From assembly GCA_000004695.1 (NCBI GenBank), contig CM000152.2, forward strand, positions 6,016,001-6,080,000: DNA of 64,000 nucleotides, given 5' to 3'. Positions 44,135-60,385 of the stretch are shown here, one piece after another (position 1 is the first letter of the stretch; each line of letters starts with the position of its first letter). A program made the position numbers and the translations under genes. Under the pieces are notes generated by a model. It worked only from the letters and a program-made list of their open reading frames with translations, was not told where the DNA came from and made no database searches. This DNA is from Dictyostelium discoideum (Eukaryota).

Positions 44135-44504
44135 ATGTGTGATTACGAGTAAGAAATTTTTATTTTTACAATTATTTGTTTGTTTATTTTTTTTTTTATA
44201 ATTATTTGTTTTTTTTTTTTTTATAATTTTATTTTATATTAATATTAATTAAAAAAAAAAAAAAAAATAGTTTCATATTTGAATTTTTAGTAATTGGTGA
44301 TTGTAATGTTGGAAAATCATCATTTGTATATCAATATTGCGAAAACTTTAAAACCAAAATAAGAAGTAGAGAACGTGGTGATGGTAATACATTTATACCT
44401 AAATTAATAAGAGTTGATGATAAAAATTGTTTTTTAAAATTTGTATGTATTAAAAAAAAAAAAAAAAAAAAAAAATAATTAAATAAATAAAAATTATTAA
44501 TTGT

Positions 44505-44543
<39 letters not shown>

Positions 44544-44989
44544 TTAAATATTATAAAAGAGTAAATTGTTTACCAAATTATAGATTTATAAATATAGCGG
44601 ATTGTATATTTATACTATTTGATGTTTGTAATAGAGAATCATTTGATAATGTTGGACATTATTATAATGAAATTTTAAAATATTCAAGTGAAAATTTATT
44701 AATTACATTAATTGGTTGTAAAGCTGATTTATTAAATAGAGAAGTTGACCAAAATGAAGCATTAGAATTTTCCAAAAAACATAATATACCCTATTTTGAA
44801 GTTAATAATTTTTCACCTTCAGAAATTGAAAAGAATGTTTATCAACAAATCTCACAAACTATTCTACCAGAACTTGTAAATATTAATTCAACTACTCAAC
44901 CTATAACTGAAAATCAACATCCCCCAACTAAACCCCACTCTCCTCCAATTAAAAATAGTTTTTTCAAATTTTGGATAAAAAACAAATAA
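44135..44989 (+). CDS. Ras-like GTPase-like paralogue E (210 aa); join(44135..44148,44271..44442,44543..44989)
   Basis: ATGTGTGATTACGA|GTAAGA, then an AAAATAG acceptor giving (D)FIFEFLVIGDCNVGKSSFVYQYCENFKTKIRSRERGDGNTFIPKLIRVDDKNCFLKF|GTATGT. A poly-A AG acceptor gives VKYYKRVNCLPNYRFINIADCIFILFDVCNRESFDNVGHYYNEI...LIGCKADL...YFEVNNFS...stop. This is the best-preserved P-loop (GxxxVGKSS), but there is still no WDTAGQ. Confidence 0.55.
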
Positions 44990-45183
44990 TAATAATAAAA
45001 TAAATAAAAAAAAAAAAAAAAAAAAGGATAATAATTATTATTCATTTTTTAAAAATTTGTATATATAACTAAAAAAATTCTCTCTATTTAATTTAATGTA
45101 AAAAAAATAAAAATAAAAATAAATTAGGAACACAATTATTTCTTTTTTTTTTATAATATTTTAAAAAAGCTTTGGAAATTTAT

Positions 45184-45582
45184 TTAGTTTTTCTTGGCTT
45201 TACGGGCAGCAGCTTTTTTGGCAGAACGGAGAGCAGATTGGACTCTGTGTAAACGACCTAAGGCAGCAGCTCTTAATTCTGGAGCATATTGGGTGGCTAA
45301 AGTTTTGACGAATCTAGCAGTCTTTCTGGTGTTGACAGTTGAGAAAGTGGTGGTTTTTTTTGATTGAGCTGGGAAGGCAGCTTTTTTAACAATCTTTGAT
45401 GAGACAACAACTTTACCGTTAACGGCAGCAACGTCGATGGTGGTTCTTCTGGCAAGACCGGAGTATTTTAAGGAGTTTTTGTTTCTTAAATTACCTGGTT
45501 CAGCAGATAAGGTTAAACCGTGTGAGGATTTTAAGAAAGCGTTGTTCTTTTTGATAATGCTCCAAACGAGATCTTGAGACAT
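45184..45582 (-). CDS. rpl28: 60S ribosomal protein L28 (eL28), single exon
   Basis: MSQDLVWSIIKKNNAFLKSSHGLTLSAEPGNLRNKNSLKYSGLARRTTIDVAA...AALGRLHRVQSALRSAKKAAARKAKKN fits the eL28 family. The ATG is at 45582. Codon usage is GC-richer, as expected for a highly expressed gene. Confidence 0.85.
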   Translation of the reverse strand: MSQDLVWSIIKKNNAFLKSSHGLTLSAEPGNLRNKNSLKYSGLARRTTIDVAAVNGKVVVSSKIVKKAAFPAQSKKTTTFSTVNTRKTARFVKTLATQYAPELRAAALGRLHRVQSALRSAKKAAARKAKKN

Positions 45583-45893
45583 GATTTATTGTATATCTAA
45601 TTTTTAGTAATAAAAAAAATGAATAATTAATATTGACTTTGTTTTTCCTTTTTAAAAATAAAAAAATAACAATATAAAATGGTGATTTTAAGTAACAATT
45701 TGTTTTTTTGAGGTGTTATTATTTATTTATTTTTTTATTGTAAAAAATAGATAGTGTGGGTGCTATACGTTTGATGTTGATTTTTTTTATATTGAAATTG
45801 GGGTAATAATTTGTATTACTTTTTTAAAAGTTTTTTTTTGACTGTAATTTAATGGAGAAATGATTCGTTTTTTTTTTTTTTTTGTGTGTGATC

Positions 45894-45924
<31 letters not shown>

Positions 45925-46326
45925 AGTTTTTTTTGATTTTTTTTTTTTTTTTTTACGAAAAAAAAAAAAAAATACGATAGTCTCTAGTTGATTTTCTCTA
46001 TAAATAATCCAAAAACTAATTTATAAAAAAAAAAAAAACCTAAACTGTGCATCCTCTATTTTCTTGAATCAATTAAAAATTATTATCACTAAAAAAAAAA
46101 AACCCTACTCCACTACCCCATTTCTTTTTGATTTTTATTATTATTATTATTATTATTATTTTTTTAGTTATTTTTTTTCTTTTGACTTTAACTGTTTGTT
46201 GTACTTATTATTTATTTATTTTTTATTTAATTTTTATTTTATTTTTATTTTTTTTTTTTTTTGACCACCATAATAAATTATATGTATAGAAAGTTATATG
46301 TGCATACCTTTTGTGCTACGGATAGG

Positions 46327-46360
<34 letters not shown>

Positions 46361-46679
46361 TTTTCGAGATTAGCAATCATGCGTATCCTTCTCACAAAAC
46401 TCAAACAATTTTTACATTAAAATTACGTAATTTTTACATTGGAGTGTAAAAAAATTTTTTTATGCACAAAATTTTTGAAATTTTCACATATTATTAATTT
46501 TTTTTTTTTTTTTTTAATTATCTAAACACAATGATATTTTATTTTTAAATCTGCAGAAATAAAACAAAATAAAAAATTAAGATTTTAAAAATGAATAAAA
46601 TAAATACAAAAAAAAAAAAAAAAAATAGAAAAAAAAAAACAATTAAAAAAAATAATAATTTCCATTCATTTACAATTTG

Positions 46680-46716
<37 letters not shown>

Positions 46717-47028
46717 AATAAAAGAATAATAAAAAATAAATATGTAAATAAAAAAAAAAAAAAAAAAAAACAAATATTAATATTCAAAAAAAAGACCATT
46801 ATCATTTTTGTTTTATTATATTTTAATATTTTTTTCCCTTTTCGATTTCTTGGCAAAAAAAAAAAATAAAAAAAAAAATAAAAAAAAATAAAAATAAAAA
46901 AGATATTTTATTAAAAAGTTGGCATCCAAAAGAAATCAGGTTTTTTATTATTATACATAAGATTTAAACTATTTAATTACAATATATTTTGTTTTATTTA
47001 TTTTATTTTTTTTTATTTTTTTTATTAT

Positions 47029-47729
47029 TTATTTTGAATCAGTTTCCATTTCATTTTTTGGTTGTTCAATGTATTTAAATTTTTTCAATGGTAATGATTG
47101 TTGAGTAATATATTTCATATCACCATCCCAATTTAATAAAAATCTAACATAATTTGCATTTGTTAAATCTGGTACAGCTTTAGTTATTAAAAAAAAAAAA
47201 AAAAATTAAATATTAATATTATTATTTTTATTTTTCTTCTTAAATTTATTAGAAATAGAAAAAAAAGAAACTTACAATAACCATTATTTTTAAATTCTTT
47301 AATTTCATCATTATGTTGTGATTTTGTGAATTCTAATTTATTAGTTCTACTGGTAACTTGTTTAATCTCTTCTTCTGGTGTTTTAGTTTTTAAAAATTGA
47401 TCAATAATATCAGAAACTTCAGATTCTGTAAAGATTTTTTTATTTTCTTTTTTAACAATTTCTTGAAAATGATCTAATAATTGTTCTATATAATTAAATA
47501 GTGTGTATTAATAATTTAATATATGAAATGGTATGGTATATATATACAAAAAATTATACAACAACAATAACATACTGATTGGTTTTTGTTCTTTTTTTCT
47601 AATATTTGCATTTTTCTCTTTTTTAATATCTCTAATACCCTCTAATGTTAATTTTTTTGCTTTTCTTGATAATGGATGTAAAACTTTAGCAACCTTTTGT
47701 GGTGCCTTCTTTTTATCTTTTTTATTCAT
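47029..47729 (-). CDS. TMA16-like (translation machinery-associated protein 16 family) basic protein, 170 aa; complement(join(47029..47177,47276..47485,47576..47729))
   Basis: The N-terminus MNKKDKKKAPQKVAKVLHPLSRKAKKLTLEGIRDIKKEKNANIRKKEQKPI is TMA16-like (HP-SRKA-QL). Donors GTATGT (47575) and GTAAGT (47275); acceptors TATATAG and ACTAAAG. The C-terminal exon is ...FLLNWDGDMKYITQQSLPLKKFKYIE...stop. Phases are consistent (1/1). The family assignment is moderate. Confidence 0.5.
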
Positions 47730-47747
47730 TTTTTAAATTTGGGTGTG

Positions 47748-47778
<31 letters not shown>

Positions 47779-48155
47779 CGTTCGTTTTTCTTAATTTTTT
47801 TAAAAGTTTTTTTTTTTATTTTTTTTTTTTTTTATTTTAAATTTAATTTTTTTTTTTTTTTTTTTTTATTGGTATCATTTATTTATTTATTTTTTTTTTT
47901 TTTTTAAAAAAACAAATTTAATTTTTAAAATAAAAAATGAAATAATTTTGAATAGATTTTATATTTTTTATTCCCTAATCTAAACTGATCATAAATGTAA
48001 AAATAAATGTGATCATCTTTGATAGAATTTTTTTTCTTTTTCAATTTTTTTTTTTTAATTTCATTTTTTTTTTTTTTTTTTTTTTAATTTAATTTTATTT
48101 TCATTGGATTACCTTTTTTTTTTTTCATCATAAAATAAAAATAGAATTATAAATA

Positions 48156-49672
<1,517 letters not shown>

Positions 49673-49768
49673 ATAAATGGAAAAACAAAAAAAAAAAAAC
49701 AAAAAAAACAGAAAAATTAAAATGATTTTGGATTATTTTTAAGAATAGGAAAAAATTAATGGTTGTGG

Positions 49769-50017
49769 TTATTTATCTTTTTTATTTGTAATTTCTAATA
49801 CAATACAGAAAATTGAAATGGTTATGGACACTCTGCGAATCCACAAAGAAAAGTTAGACAATGATTGTTGTTGTTCTTGTTGTTCTTGTTGTTGCTGTTC
49901 AACAATCTGAGTATTCTCTGTTGTGGTTGAATTACAATTAACATCTTGAATTGGTTGTTGTGGTTGTTGTTGTTGTTTTTGTTTTTGTTTTTGTTTTTGT
50001 TTTTGTTTTTGCTGTGG

Positions 50018-50058
<41 letters not shown>

Positions 50059-50293
50059 CAATTAGAGTATATTCTCCAGTGGTTGGAAGAAAATCAACAT
50101 CATCATATATTATTTGTTCACCATCGATCATTGTTTCTAAGTAACCATATTCAATTTTAAAATAATTTAATACTGATTGGATTGAACAGACATCGCTAAA
50201 AAAGGTAGTCTTACCATTAAAGGAAATAGTAAAGCAATTAACTGGAGATTGATAATTTCTATCAATCAAATCGATTTCTGATGTTTGAATCAT
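49769..50293 (-). CDS. Hypothetical 174-aa protein with an internal polyQ/(QK)n tract. The C-terminal part may include unrecognised intron sequence.
   Basis: ATG at 50293 (MIQTSEIDLIDRNYQSPVNCFTISFNGKTTFFSDVCSIQSVLNYFKIEYGYLETMIDGEQIIYDDVDFLPTTGEYTLIE...). The N-terminal 80 aa are non-repetitive. Confidence 0.4.
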
Positions 50294-51798
50294 TATATCT
50301 CTCTCTCTCTTTTTGCTTGTTTGTTTTTTTTATTTTATTTTATTTTTATAACTATATTTATTTTTTCTTTTTAACAGTTTTTTTAATTTTATTTTATTTT
50401 TTTTATTTTTAATTTCTTTTTTTTTTTTCTTTTAACTTGAAATATTTCAAAATCTTAAAATTTTGAAGAGTGTATATTTAATTTCATGTTGCATAATTTT
50501 TATTTGTCATTGCAAAAAATATTTCCTAGAAATAAAAATGAAATTAAAAAACCAAATTTATATTTTTTATAATATAAAGATATACCATCAAATAGGAAAA
50601 AATAATAATAATTATAATTAATACATTAACCTTAATTTATTTTTTTAAAAACTAAAATATTTTCTAAATTAATAATTTAAAAAAAAAAAAAAAAAAAATT
50701 ATTTTTTAGGAAAAAAAAAAAAAAAAAAGAATTAATTAATCAACACAACAACTATCAACTATTCCAATAAAAAAATCCTTTATCACTTTCTTAACTAGTT
50801 TCAAATTCTCTGTTGGTGGTAGTGAACTAATTTCCAAGATTTTGATTAAATATTCTTTACCAATTGAACCAATGATTTAATGATTTTGAAATACCATGGA
50901 TTAATAGAAGGAACAATTTTAAAATTTTTTTGGTGTATGTATAAATTTAAATTTAAAAAAAAAAAAAATTAAATTTATTTATATTAAAAACTTTAATTTT
51001 ATTATTTTACTTTGTAATTTCCTAAAACAATTTTTTATTTTAATAATATTTTTTTAATAATTTTTAACCATGTATTAATTTTCAATTATAAATAAAAAAA
51101 CTAAAGAAAAAAAAAAAAAACAAAAAAAATAATAATAACATTAATAAAAATAAAATTAAAACATTTTGGTTATAAATAGACCAGGTGTTGTTTAAATATA
51201 ACATTCTTTTTTTATTTTTTTATTTTTGGTTGAATTTATGATTATCAAAAAAAAAATATGTTTTCATATGAAAATTAAAACAACACTAAAATAAGTCTAA
51301 AAAAAAATCTAAATGTTTTGGTTCTAATTAAAATTTTAAAAAAAACTTTTGATTCTTTTTATTCCCCAACAATAATTAAAAAATAAAAAAAATATCTTTT
51401 TTTTTAAAATTTTTTTTAAAAATTTTTTTTTTTTATTTTTTTAAAATTTTTTTTTTTTTTAGTTGCAACGAAATTTATTGTTTAAGAAAAAAAAAAAAAA
51501 AAAAAAAAAACCCTATATATAAAAATAAAAATAAAAATAAATAAAAATAAAAAAAAATAAATAAAAAATAAACAAAAAACCATATATAACCTTGGAAAAT
51601 AAAAATAATAAAAAAAAGTGTAAAATTTAAAAGAGTCGAGAAAAAAAAATAAAAAAAAATAAAATTAAAATAAAAACAGAAAAAAATCACAAAAAAAAAA
51701 AAAAAAAAATAATATAAAAAGTCATAAAATAAAAAAAAAAAAAATAAAATAAAAAAATAAAATAAAATAAAATAAAATAAAAACAACATATAAATAAA

Positions 51799-55194
<3,396 letters not shown>

Positions 55195-55545
55195 TATAAA
55201 TAAAAAAAAAATAAAATAATTAATTCAATTCATTTAAAATAATGAATAAAATTACATTAATTTAAAACAAATTTCCAATAAAAATTTAATCTTGTTTTGT
55301 TGTTTAATTGGATAAAATGGATAAAAAAAAAAACCATATAAAAAAAACAGCCTTTATTTGAGCCCTGGTATTTCTGATTTAAATCCCATTATATAAAATG
55401 AGAACATGTAAGACTCATATTATTTTATTAATTTATTTAATTATATTTATTTTATTATATTTATTTAATTAATTTAATTTTATTTTATAACTTTAATTTA
55501 ATATATTTTATTTGAGATAATGAAATTCAAATCCAAAAAAATCTT

Positions 55546-55660
55546 GGATAATGCAATTGTTAGTTACTTCTCCTTGAGATTCTTGTTCTCATTTTATTAT
55601 ATAGTTTTAAATTACACGGCCTTTATAAGTGTAACAGAAGTGGTATAGTTTAAAATGATT
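55546..55660 (-). mobile_element. TRE5-family C-module-like relic (a diverged homologue of 56686-56790), part of a degraded element upstream of tRNA-Ile
   Basis: GGATAATGCAATTGTTAGTTACTTCTCCTTGAGATTCTTGTTCTCATTTTATT aligns with GGATAACGCAATTATTATTTGCTTCTCCTTGAGATGCTAGATCTCATTTTATTTT of the TRE5-A 3' end. Confidence 0.3.
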
Positions 55661-56151
55661 TGTATTATATTATTTAAAGAATTTCTTATGTTTAATTTAT
55701 TTTATTAATTAATTTAAATGAATTTTATATTTAGAATTTATATTTATTTATTTAATATTATTTATTTTATATTATTTGTATCTATTATATTAAGTGAGTT
55801 CTAACTACTGAAAATAATAATATTTAATTTTCATTTTATACTATCTAAAATGTGTTTGACAGATAATATTAAAAGATTTTAATATAATATGATATTATTG
55901 AATGTATATAGAAAACTAATTAGGAATTAAATGACACAATTTTAGAAATGAATAATGAAAAAAGAAGTTTTATTATTGTAACGAAGAAACACTGCTTTCG
56001 TTAAATAAGGGGTAAGTGGGTTTTTTTATATTTTTTTTAATTCAATATAATCTTTTTTTTTTTTTAATAACATCAATCAATTTTATTTTATTTTATTTTT
56101 TTTAATTCAATATAATCTTTATTATCAATTTTTGAATAAAAAAATATAAAA

Positions 56152-56224
56152 GCTCGATTAGCTCAGTCGGCAGAGCGTGGTGCTAATAACGCCACGGTCG
56201 CAGGTTCGATCCCTGCATCGAGCA
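56152..56224 (+). tRNA. tRNA-Ile (anticodon AAU)
   Basis: GCTCGAT/ATCGAGC acceptor stem, GCTC/GAGC D stem, TGGTG/CGCCA anticodon stem, CTAATAA loop (AAT), GCAGG-TTCGATC-CCTGC T arm, discriminator A; 73 nt. Confidence 0.8.
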
Positions 56225-56244
56225 TAATTTTATTAGAGAATATA

Positions 56245-56262
56245 AATGGTCAAGGGTTCGAA
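56245..56262 (+). promoter_or_regulatory. External B box (ex-B, GGTCAAGGGTTCGAACCCTTAG) about 24 bp downstream of tRNA-Ile
   Basis: Matches the pol III B-box consensus GGTTCGAANCC. Dictyostelium tRNA genes typically carry an extra B box shortly downstream. Confidence 0.45.
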
Positions 56263-56681
56263 CCCTTAGTTTATAATTCCACTATTTTAGTCATAATATA
56301 TAAAGCACAATGAATATTATATGAATATTCTTTTTATTACAATTATGAATATTATGATTATAAAAAACTTATTTAACAATGATATTCATTACAATTGTAG
56401 ATAAAAAACAATCAAAAAACCGACATGGATCAAGCATTTTTGGAGGTGCACTAAAACATTAAAAACATCACAGACTTTGGTTCGAGTTTTGGTCTATGAC
56501 AACAATTAATGTTGACCAAAATGGCTCACCTCCAAAAATTCAAGCAATAGGATAGAAATTCTAACCAAAAAATTAAAAAAAAACCAAATCAAATCAAATT
56601 AAAGAGTTTCTTGTGGAATCTAAGGTTTACATTTTTTTAATATTTTGAAAAAAAGTTTTTTTTTTTTTTTTTTTTTTTTTT

Positions 56682-57102
56682 GAATTGGATAACGCAATTA
56701 TTATTTGCTTCTCCTTGAGATGCTAGATCTCATTTTATTTTATTTTTTTTTTTTTTTTACAGGGTCTCTAAAAGAGGGGTTAGTTTACTTTTTTTTTTTT
56801 TTTTTTTTTGTTTCGAATTTTGAATTGTATTATTACTTTTGATTAAAACATCTTTTTTGTCCAAACTTTTTTCTAAATCTTTTTTTATTTTATCGTCTGG
56901 TTCGTGATTGATGTTTATGACGTATTTGAATTGTTTTTTTTTTAATTGAGTTTTATCCACAATTTCGCTTATTTTTTGTAGGCATTTGTGTTGCTTAATA
57001 TTTGTGGTGTTGTTTGTGATTTTCATTTTATTTTCTTTCTATTTTTTATATTTTTCTTTAAAAAGTTAAAAATCTGGAAATTTTCTGATTATCTTGGGTT
57101 CA

Positions 57103-57105
<3 letters not shown>
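56682..57105 (-). repeat. Internal duplicate of the TRE5-A B-module plus ORF1 codons 1-70 (57105-56817) fused to the C-module (56816-56682)
   Basis: 57027-57105 matches 61933-62040, and 56817-57026 matches 61723-61932 (identical MKITNNTTNIKQHKCLQKISEIVDKTQLKKKQFKYVININHEPDDKIKKDLEKSLDKKDVLIKSNNT). The sequence then diverges into the A-rich C-module. Confidence 0.7.
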
Positions 57106-57163
<58 letters not shown>

Positions 57164-60100
57164 TTATTTATAGAAAGTACTGAGTGAATTATTGTATTTT
57201 TTGAGATGTTTAGGAAGTTCTATTGCGTGAAGAGGTGAGTTCCATTGTCTGCTAAATTGTAATAGCTTTAGCGAGATTAGTGAGTCTAATTTATTTTGTT
57301 CTTCTGGCCGTTGCTTTGATTTGATTCTTAATGTTTTGTTTATAACCGCTTGTGTCCTGTCCCATGCAGCTCTTTGTGTTTTAATTAGTTCACGTATGAC
57401 TTGTTGTCTGTGAATTATTATTTCTTTTTCATCGTGAATGAGTTTATTTCTTTTGTGCCAGATTTTATCGAATATAATAGCTATTAAATTGGCTACTAGT
57501 GCAATTTGTAGATGGTTTAAAATCTTCACATTCCAGGTGTGAGTGGTGTGTCCACACTTAGTTAGGGTGTAGTTGAAGATTTCTTGTGTGTTTTTGATGT
57601 GGGCTTTGCAGTTGAAGAATATATGTTCTGAGGTCTCATCTTCCCCACACTGTTGGCATGGCATGTTGTATATTTTTGGTAGTGCTTTCAGTGTGTATCT
57701 CCATAATAGATCTCTACCTTTCATGTTTATTATTTTTTTGATTTCTTTAAATGGAAGGTGTTTGCTATTAATTTTGGTCATTATTTCTTTTTGGCCAGGA
57801 GTTGGTATGAATTTGTTGTGTTCAGGAGATTGAGTTGTCATCATATCTTCGTATATTTTTTTTAATTTTGGGAGGTGTTCGTAGTGTGTTTGTTTATTTT
57901 GTGGAGTTTTTAATTGGGTCCATGCTTGCTTGCATTGCCAGTGTAGTTGTAGTTGATTTTGTTTTGTTGTTGTTTTGTTGTTGTTGTTGTTTTTGAGTTC
58001 CTCTTCCCACAGTTTTATATATGAACTAGGAGTGTTACTTACTCTTTGGTGGAGGTATCTTTCGAATAACCATGCTTTCTGTGCTAGTTCTCTTGTCTTC
58101 AGGTTCCATAAGTTTAGGCCACCATTGATATAGTTGTTTTGTCTTCTTTGTAGTGAAAGAGAGTTTTTAGATTTTGTGTTGAAAACGAATTTTACGATGT
58201 TATTTTCAATACTATTGTGTTGTGGTGTGGTGTTGATGTAAGTGTGGAACGTTAACTGAGATAGTGCATATGTTTTTGCCATTATGAGTCTGCCCATATA
58301 GGTTGATGAAGTTGAGTTCCATGTTACTAGTTTAGCTCTGATGTTGTCTGAGATTGTATTGATTTTGGATTTGATACCCTTATTGTTGAAGTCAAAGCCG
58401 AGGTACCTTTCGTTTGATTTTATGACGGTGTATAGCGTTCTGGTGTTCCATTTGAAAGTGATACACGAGCATTTGGTTTGGTTTATTTTTGCGCTGGTTG
58501 CTTGGCAAAACTTCTTGATCCATTCATTCATGAGGAAATGGTCCATAAAGTTGTATGCTATTGTTGCTGTATCATCGGCGAACTGTAGTATTTTAATGGT
58601 TTCTTTGGTTACACCATTGATGCAGCGGTCATTTATTATAGTAGTTGCCATGCATTCACCCACTAATGCGAAGATAGTGGGAGAGATAGGATCACCTTGT
58701 TTGGTTCCTCTTTTTGATGTAAAGCTTTTAGATAATGAGTTATTGATGTACACTGATGTTTCTGATTCATTGAGTAAGTTCATTATTGTGAGGACCATTT
58801 TGAGTGGTAGTTTTAGATGTGCAAGAGTACGTAGAATGGCGTTATGTGAGAATAAATCGAATGCTTTTTCAAAATCATAAAATGTTATGATTGGTTCCAT
58901 ATCCTCTTTTGTGTTAATCTCTCGTTTTATTATTTCTATTGTTGAGTTTAAGGTGATGATGTTATCGTGCAGTAGTCTTCTTGGTACGAATCCAGTTTGG
59001 AATGGTGAGATTATTTTGTTTAAGAACTTCAGGATCCTATTGTTGATTATTTTCGAATAGATTTTGTAATCGACATTTAGAAGTGTTATTGGTCTATAAT
59101 TATCCAGGTTGTTTGGGTCTCCTTTGTTTTTATATATAGTAATCAATATCCCTTGTTTGAAGTCCTTTGGGATTGTTGTGTTCCAGAAGTGATTGTATAG
59201 TTTTGATATTATTGGTAGAATTTCATTAATGTGGTTTTTGTAAAATGTTGGAAGGAGTCCATCTTTACCAGGTGCTTTTCCTTCTTGTATTTTTTCAATG
59301 CCTAGTCTGATTTCATATCCTTCTATTGGTTGATTAATTTCGTCCAATATCTTTTGATCAATCCTTTTATTGAATGTTTTTAGGAGTTCGTGGTGAGTGT
59401 CTTCGTTGCATTCTCTCTTCTGGTACAGGTTCTCGTAATATCTTCTTGCTACTTCGAGGATATCCTCGTGTTTTGTTACCAAACAATTGTTGCTTGGATC
59501 TAGAATTTGAGGGATTTCATTTGTCTTTCTTTGGACTTTTAACCTTCTGGTTAAGTATTTTGATGGTGTTTCTTTGTTGTTGATGTGGGTGTTGGTTTGG
59601 TTTGCTTGTTTTATTCTTACTTGTTCCTTTAGAATATTGTTGATCTCTTCTTTAAGGAAGATTGCTCTTGAATCTTTGGCTGTTTCGAGTTTTTCTGCGA
59701 GTTCTTTTAGTTTGTTTTTGGTTTTATTGCTTTCTCTAATTTCTATATTAATTGACAGTTTCTTTATTTCATCTTTTAGTTTCAACCATTGTTCGCAAAT
59801 GTTTAATTTGTACCATTTGCTGGTGTTCTCTTCGAATTTTTTATTGTAGTATTTAATTGTTTTATTAATTTTGAGGCTGGTTGAATTCATTTTGAGAGTT
59901 TCTAGGTTTTGTCTCCATAGTCTTTCTCCTTTCTTTTGTTGCTCGTATTCTGGTATTTTTAATTCAATGATTACCATGTTGTGATCAGATTTTAATTTGA
60001 TTTCCTTAGTAGTAACTATTGGGTTTAGATGGAGTATCTTCTTTGAGACAAAGACCCTATCGATGGTTGATTTGTTTCTTGGAAATGTGATTCCATTCTT

Positions 60101-60385
60101 AATTTCTGTAAATTCGAATTCGTCGAAGATTGTTTTAATATATTTGTTAAGGTTATTATCCACTGAACAGTCTACATTGAAGTCTCCAGTTATAATATCG
60201 CTGTGTAGTATTTCTTCTGTGAGATTTTCCTTATACCATTCATGTCTTTCGTTTGACTTTGCTGGGGCATAAATGGTTGTGCATTTGATCTGTGTTTTTG
60301 CAATCATCCATTCGGAAGATATAATTCTTTCGTTTATTGTTTTTGTTGTTGTTTTTATTTGGGTGTTGATGATGATTTGTGACAC
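57164..60385 (-). CDS. TRE5-A ORF2 (apurinic-type endonuclease, reverse transcriptase and Cys-rich domain; 1073 codons; true start codon uncertain)
   Basis: Uninterrupted frame. Endonuclease and RT motifs as above. A CCHC-like tail, ...CQQCGEDETSEHIFFNCKAH. Confidence 0.8.
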   Translation of the reverse strand: MSQIIINTQIKTTTKTINERIISSEWMIAKTQIKCTTIYAPAKSNERHEWYKENLTEEILHSDIITGDFNVDCSVDNNLNKYIKTIFDEFEFTEIKNGITFPRNKSTIDRVFVSKKILHLNPIVTTKEIKLKSDHNMVIIELKIPEYEQQKKGERLWRQNLETLKMNSTSLKINKTIKYYNKKFEENTSKWYKLNICEQWLKLKDEIKKLSINIEIRESNKTKNKLKELAEKLETAKDSRAIFLKEEINNILKEQVRIKQANQTNTHINNKETPSKYLTRRLKVQRKTNEIPQILDPSNNCLVTKHEDILEVARRYYENLYQKRECNEDTHHELLKTFNKRIDQKILDEINQPIEGYEIRLGIEKIQEGKAPGKDGLLPTFYKNHINEILPIISKLYNHFWNTTIPKDFKQGILITIYKNKGDPNNLDNYRPITLLNVDYKIYSKIINNRILKFLNKIISPFQTGFVPRRLLHDNIITLNSTIEIIKREINTKEDMEPIITFYDFEKAFDLFSHNAILRTLAHLKLPLKMVLTIMNLLNESETSVYINNSLSKSFTSKRGTKQGDPISPTIFALVGECMATTIINDRCINGVTKETIKILQFADDTATIAYNFMDHFLMNEWIKKFCQATSAKINQTKCSCITFKWNTRTLYTVIKSNERYLGFDFNNKGIKSKINTISDNIRAKLVTWNSTSSTYMGRLIMAKTYALSQLTFHTYINTTPQHNSIENNIVKFVFNTKSKNSLSLQRRQNNYINGGLNLWNLKTRELAQKAWLFERYLHQRVSNTPSSYIKLWEEELKNNNNNKTTTKQNQLQLHWQCKQAWTQLKTPQNKQTHYEHLPKLKKIYEDMMTTQSPEHNKFIPTPGQKEIMTKINSKHLPFKEIKKIINMKGRDLLWRYTLKALPKIYNMPCQQCGEDETSEHIFFNCKAHIKNTQEIFNYTLTKCGHTTHTWNVKILNHLQIALVANLIAIIFDKIWHKRNKLIHDEKEIIIHRQQVIRELIKTQRAAWDRTQAVINKTLRIKSKQRPEEQNKLDSLISLKLLQFSRQWNSPLHAIELPKHLKKYNNSLSTFYK

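Noticed and set aside
56230-56262. A possible second, partial tRNA gene downstream of tRNA-Ile
   Set aside because: Only a T-arm/B-box-like 18-mer is present, with no acceptor or anticodon arms. It is better explained as the external B box typical of Dictyostelium tRNA loci.
57573-60272. Several 70-180-aa plus-strand ORFs inside the TRE5-A element
   Set aside because: They are antisense to the intact 1073-aa ORF2 and low in complexity, so they are not independent genes.
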